Origin: a virus
IMG/VR virus record: IMGVR_UViG_3300046170_000524
Direction: 5' to 3' (one strand)
DNA length: 64,000 nt
Shown here: positions 57,802 through 64,000 of the stretch, piece after piece
Position numbering within the stretch: position 1 is the stretch's first letter
How the letters are laid out: each line of letters opens with the position of its first letter
Translations under genes and position numbers: made by a program
The notes under the pieces: generated by a model
What the model was told of the DNA's origin: nothing
Seen by the model: only the letters and a program-made list of their open reading frames with translations
Databases searched by the model: none

Positions 57802-60582
57802 ATGAAAGATTTTACAGCAACAAACGCAGAATTCGAAAGTATAGATATATCTGAAAAGTTTCAGGTTAGTGAAAGTGGGGCGATTGGTGGTGTTATTCCT
57901 AGTGGGGTAAATGATATTATTAAGTGGGATGGAAGTCAATGGATCGCAGGAATTAATCCCGGAGGAAACGGTGGAGGCGGAGGAGGATCTGGTGTTGCAG
58001 ATCCATTCACAACCAATTTAATTAGCGGCCAATCTCTGCAAAATATTTCATTTAATCAAACATTAGATTCTGCGCCAAGTATTGCTACTGATTTAGAAAT
58101 AGATGGAGATGGATCTATTATTCCATATACAATATCTGGATTAAGTACTACTGGTTATACAGCTATATTTGCAGAAGAAATTCCAAATAATAATTATAAA
58201 ATACATACGGTTTTTGGAGGGGGATCTTCGAGCGGAGGTAGCGAATTATCTGGAGAAGAATTAAGAGCAATAAATAAAACTATTGTTGATAGTCCAGTGG
58301 ATGTTTTTGTGTATGATACCAGTCGTGACAGTGATGGTGGCGCTTGGAGAAAGCGTACACAGAATACCAGTTGGTATAATGAGGAGTTGAATACCGCGAC
58401 TAGGGGTGCTCGCCGCGAATTTCCAGCAGTGGCTGTGATTGTGGCGGAAGCAGACAAGGTTACCATTTATGATGGTGATGATCCAGATTTGAGCATGTGG
58501 ATGGTGATCAATCAAATTGGTTCATGGAGTAATATATTTTTTAGTTGCTTGTATTGTTTAAATGGTAAGCTTGTTATCGGTAGTGGTAGTGGTTATACTG
58601 ATGTATGTTTCATTAAAGAGAGAATGTCTAAAATACATCCAGCTGCTGAATACACTGGTGATTATATTTGGAATGAACTAACGTACAATCCTCTATATGT
58701 TATTGAAAGACCTGGGCTTGGCATTGTTAATAACGTGATCAACGACGTCGCCATGACCGTACTACCAAACGCACCAATTGATGAAGATACTGGTTTACTG
58801 GTGCCTACAATTGCTGTGGCCACCGATGGTGGTGTGAGTGTGATAAAGGATGATGGAACGGTGGTGGATATAGTTTCAGATAACCTCAATGGAGAAACTC
58901 CTTTAGAAGTTGATTTTAGAGGGCGACTTTTGTATTTGCTTCTTGGTAGCAAAGAAAGTGTTTCTAATACTTGGAATAGTGTTTCAACAATTTATATCCC
59001 AGATGATGATGTTTCTACAACATACAGGTATTCAGGAGATTATATAGCTCAATATTCTAGGTACAATGGATTACCCTCAAGTGAACCAGCTAATTCTGGG
59101 CATGATATGCTGGTTCCCATTAATTCTCAAACGCATCTTCCAACGGCTCAAAGATCACGAGCAATCAACGTTTTGGGAACAGATCATTTGTATATTGGTG
59201 GAGAGGGATCTGAGGATAAAGCTGGTGGAGTTGCCGCAATCTCTGAAAATTTAACAAACCCAAAAAATGGGTTAATTGCACACACAACAAGCCGATACAA
59301 CACCGGTTGGATGCCCGGTGACATCAAACTTGCTGCATTGAGTGATAGTTTTGTGGAAAATGTGGGGGTGAATAGTGATGAGTTAGTGGAGAATGGCGAT
59401 TTTTCAACAGCTTTAGGTGATGAATGGAGTGATGAATCTACGGGTACAGGCTCAATTTCGCTAAACGCATCTGGCTATATTGATTTAATCTCTCAAGGCA
59501 GCAGCAATAGAGCTATAGCAGATCAATCATTTTCGACAGTTATAGGAAAAACATATACTTTATCTTTAGATGTAATAGCAACAGATGGAAATTCAAGTGT
59601 ATATCTAGGAACTTCTGCCGGAGCGAATGATATAACTTCGAGTGCATTAAACTTGTTATCTTTAGGTGCTCATGGTTTTACTTTTGTAGCCACAACCACA
59701 ACAACATTTATAAGATTATGGGGGTCTACCGAAAGTAGCACTAACTCTTTCGACAACATCTCAGTCCGTCTAGCAGTAGAAGATCGCAGTGTTAATGGCA
59801 ATGGTTTACAAATTGTTGGCGAAATACAAAAAACACCCGTTGCGCCCGGCGCGGATCTTGTGGCATACAGTGGATTCAGTGCGAACAATTATTTGGTTCA
59901 GCCATACAATGCGGATTTAAACTTTGGTACAGGGGATTTTTGTGTGATGGGGTGGCATTATGATGATTATTTGTCACACCTGCATAGCGCAACAGATGCG
60001 CAGAAAAGCGTTAGTATTACAGACTCTAGTAATAATTTTGTATTATTTTCAGGTAATGTTGGTAGAATAGATTTTGCAGTTGGCGGAGATAATTATAATG
60101 GGGTTATTAATAGTGTATTGATTGATAACTTGTGGCAGTTGGTTACATTCGCTCGAAAGAATAATGTGTTAAAGGTATATGTAGACGATAAGGTAGTATA
60201 TGAAGTCCCAGATTCAAGTCAAAATGTTAGCAATATAGGTGGCGATCTGTATTTAGGAGGTTATTGGCATAATGGTGCATTTATAACTCCAGGGGACTCA
60301 AAATCAGCTTTACTTCGCATCTCTTCCACCGCTCCAACCGCCGAACAAATCGCCAAGATCTATCGCGATGAAAAAGTATTATTTACTGAAGGCGCACAGG
60401 CCACATTATATGGCACAAGCGATGCCGTGACTGCACTTGCATACGATGACAGCGAGCAACTATTACATGTTGGCACAGCCAGTGGTCGCAGTGATTTCCG
60501 CGGACTTGCTCGTGTAAACAATACAACCACCGCAATTTCAAACAGCATCAGCGCAGCTGAAGGCACAATCATTCAAAACTAA
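57802..60582 (+). CDS. Tail/receptor-binding protein with carbohydrate-binding-like and LamG-like domains (paralogue A)
   Basis: ELVENGDFS module; WQLVTFARKNNVLKVYVD LamG-like pattern; shares blocks with the next gene. Confidence 0.7.
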   Translation: MKDFTATNAEFESIDISEKFQVSESGAIGGVIPSGVNDIIKWDGSQWIAGINPGGNGGGGGGSGVADPFTTNLISGQSLQNISFNQTLDSAPSIATDLEIDGDGSIIPYTISGLSTTGYTAIFAEEIPNNNYKIHTVFGGGSSSGGSELSGEELRAINKTIVDSPVDVFVYDTSRDSDGGAWRKRTQNTSWYNEELNTATRGARREFPAVAVIVAEADKVTIYDGDDPDLSMWMVINQIGSWSNIFFSCLYCLNGKLVIGSGSGYTDVCFIKERMSKIHPAAEYTGDYIWNELTYNPLYVIERPGLGIVNNVINDVAMTVLPNAPIDEDTGLLVPTIAVATDGGVSVIKDDGTVVDIVSDNLNGETPLEVDFRGRLLYLLLGSKESVSNTWNSVSTIYIPDDDVSTTYRYSGDYIAQYSRYNGLPSSEPANSGHDMLVPINSQTHLPTAQRSRAINVLGTDHLYIGGEGSEDKAGGVAAISENLTNPKNGLIAHTTSRYNTGWMPGDIKLAALSDSFVENVGVNSDELVENGDFSTALGDEWSDESTGTGSISLNASGYIDLISQGSSNRAIADQSFSTVIGKTYTLSLDVIATDGNSSVYLGTSAGANDITSSALNLLSLGAHGFTFVATTTTTFIRLWGSTESSTNSFDNISVRLAVEDRSVNGNGLQIVGEIQKTPVAPGADLVAYSGFSANNYLVQPYNADLNFGTGDFCVMGWHYDDYLSHLHSATDAQKSVSITDSSNNFVLFSGNVGRIDFAVGGDNYNGVINSVLIDNLWQLVTFARKNNVLKVYVDDKVVYEVPDSSQNVSNIGGDLYLGGYWHNGAFITPGDSKSALLRISSTAPTAEQIAKIYRDEKVLFTEGAQATLYGTSDAVTALAYDDSEQLLHVGTASGRSDFRGLARVNNTTTAISNSISAAEGTIIQN

Positions 60583-60583
60583 T

Positions 60584-63427
60584 ATGAGCGAAGTACAAAA
60601 AAAACAAACAAATCTACGCGAAAAACTCGCCGAGCTTCTGGATTTTAGAAAGATGCGCGACCGCTTGAGTGGTCTGGGCTTGTACATTGGAAAGGATCGT
60701 ACAAACACCGATGAAAATTTATTGGTTCGCGGTGGTGCTAATGTGGACGATCTACAACTTGCTGAAATTTCTGCGGCTGTGGGTGGCACAGCAGTGGATG
60801 TGTTTGTGTATGATACCAGCCGTGATAGTGATGGTGGAAAGTGGCGCGAGCGTACACAGAATACCAGTTGGTATAATGAGAAGTTGAATACCGCGACTAG
60901 GGGTGCTCGCCGCGAATTTCCCGCGGTTGCAGTGATTGTGGCGGAAGCAAACAAGGTTACTATTTATGATGGCGATGATCCAGATTTGAGCATGTGGATG
61001 GTGTTTAATGCTTCTGGCGGAAGAATGATTTGGGCAACTCAACTTAGTTGTGTAAATTCATTAAATGCTAAGTTATCAATAGGCTCTCCAGGTTCTGGTT
61101 TTAGGTATATTGATTTTATTTCAGAAGACATGAGGGAGTGGAGGACGACCGGCGTAAATTCTATATCTGGTAATATATCTGAACGAAATGCTGGAGATTT
61201 AAGTCTTCAAGATATTCCTGGGCAAGATGTTATAGTAAATCAAATAATAAACGACATCGCCATGACCGTACTACCAAATGCACCTGTTGATCCAGCGACC
61301 GGTTTGCCGACTCCCACAATTGCTGTGGCGTGCGGAGATGGATCGAGCTCGGGGTTTTCAATTATTAATCATGATGGCACAGTAGCAAACAAATCGTATA
61401 TAGAAAGTGCAAAAAGTCAAAGTGTATCATTTACTTCTGATAACAGATTGGTTGTTTCTCAAAAAAGAAATAGTAATGGTGATATTTGGGTGGCTATATA
61501 CGACAATTTAACGACCAGCACAAGCACAACTGGTGTTATTGTTCATGATCCAAACATATCTGTCAAGTATAATGATATTAATTATTTGAATTTACCCAAT
61601 ATTTTAAGTGGAACCACTGGTACTATTGGTGATAAATATATAATGTCTGAGAATGGACTAACTTTGATTGATGAAGGGGAGACTTATGTGGATGATGATG
61701 GTGCAAAAATTTACGGTATGGCTGCATACGCCACCTCCAAATACAACACCGGTTGGATGCCCGGTGACATCAAGCTTGCTGCATTGAGTGATAGTGTTGT
61801 GGAGAATGTGGGGGTGGATGAAAGTGAATTAGTTCCCAATGGAACTTTCGATTTAAATACAAATAACTGGAGCTCTACTAACTCAACCACATTGAGTGTC
61901 GATAATCAAAGATTAAAACTTCAAGGCATGGGAAGCTCTTATCCCACCGCATATACTTCGGTAAATGTTGTTGAAGGTATTGAGTACGAAGTTTCTGCGG
62001 AATATATCAGTAACTCTAACTCTTTTAGCGGAAGAATTCGAGTTAGTTCATCTAGTCCATTGGGTGGAGATATAGTTAATGGAACTATTAAAAGTGCAGG
62101 AACTACTCACGTTAATAGGTTTACTGCACCATCTACAGGAAGCGTTTATATTGCATTAATGCTTCAGGACTCAGGTGGTAATAGTTCAGGAATATGGGAT
62201 AATGTTTCTGTAAAGAGGAGCGGCGAACTAATAACAAATGGCGATTTTTCAAATGGAACAACTGGGTGGAGTGGTTTATCTGGAGGTGTTTTATCCATAG
62301 ACAATGAGCGATTAAAAATAGAAGAAACAACCAACGCTGTAGATGCTTATGCTGTTAATTCTAGCGTTATTCCAACTGTAGTTGGCAAAAAATATATAAT
62401 AACATGGCAATTTATAAAAGGCACCAATACGGGATTTTCGGTGCGTTTTGGTAATGGCGGCGATCAGACTTCTGATTACAAGTCTAACACTGTCGGGGAG
62501 TATACTGATGATGGATATTATTCATTTGAATTTACCGCAACAGCAACTGAGCTCAATTTATCTTTTATTGTAAACGAGGCGAGCACTTACGGTTTTGTAG
62601 ACAACGTCAGTGTTCGTCCCGTCGAAGCGGATCGTAGTGTTAACGACAATGGTTTGCAAATTTTTGGCGAAATAAACAAAACACCCGTTGCACCCGGCGC
62701 GGATCTTGTGGCATACAGTGGATTTAGTGAGAACAATTATTTGGTTCAGCCATATAATGCGGATTTGGATTTCACTGACACAATGTCTATAATGCTTTGG
62801 GTCAAAGGTGTTACAGGTAATTTTAATCCGATCGATAGAGGAACAAGAGGTGTTGATCATTCATATGGCTTGTATTTAAAGGATGCAGGTGGTGATATAA
62901 GATTTTATTATAGTGTTGATGGAACAACCGATCTTCGGGTTGAAATTGCAGATGGCGCTTCGTTGATACAATCGGGTTGGCACCATGTAGCTGTTTGTAC
63001 ATCGGAAGGAAAAATTAAAATGTATGTCGATGGAAAATTATTAAAAACCGCCGATCAGGTGGGCAATTTTTACTCACAATCAATCAATCAAAATGGACTT
63101 AGGGTTGGGAGAGGATCTATTAATTCTGCTAGTTGGGAAGATCACCTATTAGCTGCACTTCGCATTTCTGCCACTGCTCCAACCGCCGAACAAATCGCCA
63201 AAATCTACCGCGATGAAAAACCATTATTTCAACAAGGCGCGCAGGCCACACTATATGGCACAAGCGATGCCGTGACTGCACTTGCATACGATCAAAAAAC
63301 CGAACTTCTACATGTTGGCACAGCCAGTGGTCGCAGCGACTTTTCTGGATTATCTAGAGTTCACCAAACAAATTCTCCAGTAACTACTTGTATTGACGCC
63401 GAAGACGGATTAATCGCAGAAAATTAA
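60584..63427 (+). CDS. Tail/receptor-binding protein with LamG-like domain (paralogue B)
   Basis: Two NG(T/D)F modules; GWHHVAVCTSEGKIKMYVDG LamG motif; paralogous to 57802..60582. Confidence 0.7.
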   Translation: MSEVQKKQTNLREKLAELLDFRKMRDRLSGLGLYIGKDRTNTDENLLVRGGANVDDLQLAEISAAVGGTAVDVFVYDTSRDSDGGKWRERTQNTSWYNEKLNTATRGARREFPAVAVIVAEANKVTIYDGDDPDLSMWMVFNASGGRMIWATQLSCVNSLNAKLSIGSPGSGFRYIDFISEDMREWRTTGVNSISGNISERNAGDLSLQDIPGQDVIVNQIINDIAMTVLPNAPVDPATGLPTPTIAVACGDGSSSGFSIINHDGTVANKSYIESAKSQSVSFTSDNRLVVSQKRNSNGDIWVAIYDNLTTSTSTTGVIVHDPNISVKYNDINYLNLPNILSGTTGTIGDKYIMSENGLTLIDEGETYVDDDGAKIYGMAAYATSKYNTGWMPGDIKLAALSDSVVENVGVDESELVPNGTFDLNTNNWSSTNSTTLSVDNQRLKLQGMGSSYPTAYTSVNVVEGIEYEVSAEYISNSNSFSGRIRVSSSSPLGGDIVNGTIKSAGTTHVNRFTAPSTGSVYIALMLQDSGGNSSGIWDNVSVKRSGELITNGDFSNGTTGWSGLSGGVLSIDNERLKIEETTNAVDAYAVNSSVIPTVVGKKYIITWQFIKGTNTGFSVRFGNGGDQTSDYKSNTVGEYTDDGYYSFEFTATATELNLSFIVNEASTYGFVDNVSVRPVEADRSVNDNGLQIFGEINKTPVAPGADLVAYSGFSENNYLVQPYNADLDFTDTMSIMLWVKGVTGNFNPIDRGTRGVDHSYGLYLKDAGGDIRFYYSVDGTTDLRVEIADGASLIQSGWHHVAVCTSEGKIKMYVDGKLLKTADQVGNFYSQSINQNGLRVGRGSINSASWEDHLLAALRISATAPTAEQIAKIYRDEKPLFQQGAQATLYGTSDAVTALAYDQKTELLHVGTASGRSDFSGLSRVHQTNSPVTTCIDAEDGLIAEN

Positions 63428-63431
63428 TAAT

Positions 63432-64000
63432 ATGAAGATTACAAAACAAAAAATAAATCTCCGCGAAAAACTAAAAATTTTAGACAATAAGGTAAACTTT
63501 GAAGAGGTTGTGCGCGGCCTTGGAGAATACGATGGAAATGTAGGTATTGGTACTACGGAGCCTGATTTAAAACTTGAAGTCGCTGGCATGCCTGCTGCTG
63601 GTCAAGGGACTAATACAAGATCTAAAGTTTCTTTAGAGCCGTTTAGTGACCCGAATAGATCATTGGATATCTATTCAGATGGTGTGATTAATAGTTATAA
63701 CACTAATTCTCCCCAGGTTGGCTCGGGCGGACTACAGTTTCAAATTGGAGGGAGCACCGACCTGAGCATTAAAGGTGGTAATCGGCTGGAAGATTCTACA
63801 GTCGGCAACGTAGGTATTGGTACTTTGAATCCTGGTGCGAAACTGGAAATAGCTGAGCCTCAAGGTAGCCCTCAATTATTAATTAATAATAATGCAACTA
63901 GCTTTAATAGTGCGTCAATTAAATTTATTAGTGGAGGAACAGGAAATCCTGTAAGTCTAATTGAATCAGGAGGTACTAGTACTGACAGACAAGGATTATT
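63432..64000 (+). CDS. Further GNVGIGT-repeat fibre protein, 3'-truncated by the window edge
   Basis: MKITKQKINLREKLKIL...GNVGIGTTEP...GNVGIGTLNP; frame is open to the window end; N-terminus resembles KQTNLREKL of 60584. Confidence 0.75.
   Translation, partial: MKITKQKINLREKLKILDNKVNFEEVVRGLGEYDGNVGIGTTEPDLKLEVAGMPAAGQGTNTRSKVSLEPFSDPNRSLDIYSDGVINSYNTNSPQVGSGGLQFQIGGSTDLSIKGGNRLEDSTVGNVGIGTLNPGAKLEIAEPQGSPQLLINNNATSFNSASIKFISGGTGNPVSLIESGGTSTDRQGL

Noticed and set aside
50056-64000. Diversity-generating retroelement or invertase shufflon acting on the fibres
   Set aside because: No reverse transcriptase, no adenine-specific TR/VR pair, no site-specific recombinase and no inverted repeats were seen in the window.
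1-64000. tRNA, rRNA genes, IS elements and the many short antisense ORFs in the track
   Set aside because: Intergenic spaces are short and I recognised no cloverleaf, rRNA or transposase signatures. Short antisense ORFs overlap well-supported genes and lack motifs. tRNAscan-SE would be the decisive check.

Overview
This window is part of the genome of a large, AT-rich, tailed dsDNA phage. It carries terminase large subunit, prohead protease/scaffold, major capsid, portal and several tail-fibre genes. It also has a near-complete replication set: DnaE split into two genes, a DEDDh exonuclease, DnaB, primase, RecA and an NrdAB ribonucleotide reductase. A phage sigma factor and a full-length ClpC are present. 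The accessory genes point to a PVC-superphylum host, probably a Verrucomicrobium (inference): a DUF1549/DUF1553 + DUF1501 pair, an SHD1-like domain, LGWIY repeats and a Chlamydia-like Tyr-less R2. Most unusual observations: (1) an envelope/secondary-metabolism island at 27.6-38.7 kb with an intact type III polyketide synthase, the planctomycete-type CxxCH/Tat gene pair, a beta-barrel OMP under a perfect sigma70 promoter, Gmd and a double GT2. (2) A two-class, apparently leaderless promoter system: TTGACw-17-TAnnAT-6-start for replication genes, and a recurring GTGTA motif 9-12 nt before 13 start codons. (3) Tail-fibre genes built as in-frame repeat/spacer arrays, with a nucleotide-conserved GNVGIGTT repeat separating unique 195-318 bp modules. 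(4) A class Ic-type RNR beta subunit, and a SET-domain gene inside the split dnaE locus. Scattered single-base indels break nrdA, a tail fibre and other genes and are most likely sequencing errors. No tRNA, rRNA, CRISPR array or IS element was recognised. All family assignments are from motif recognition by eye, without database searches.
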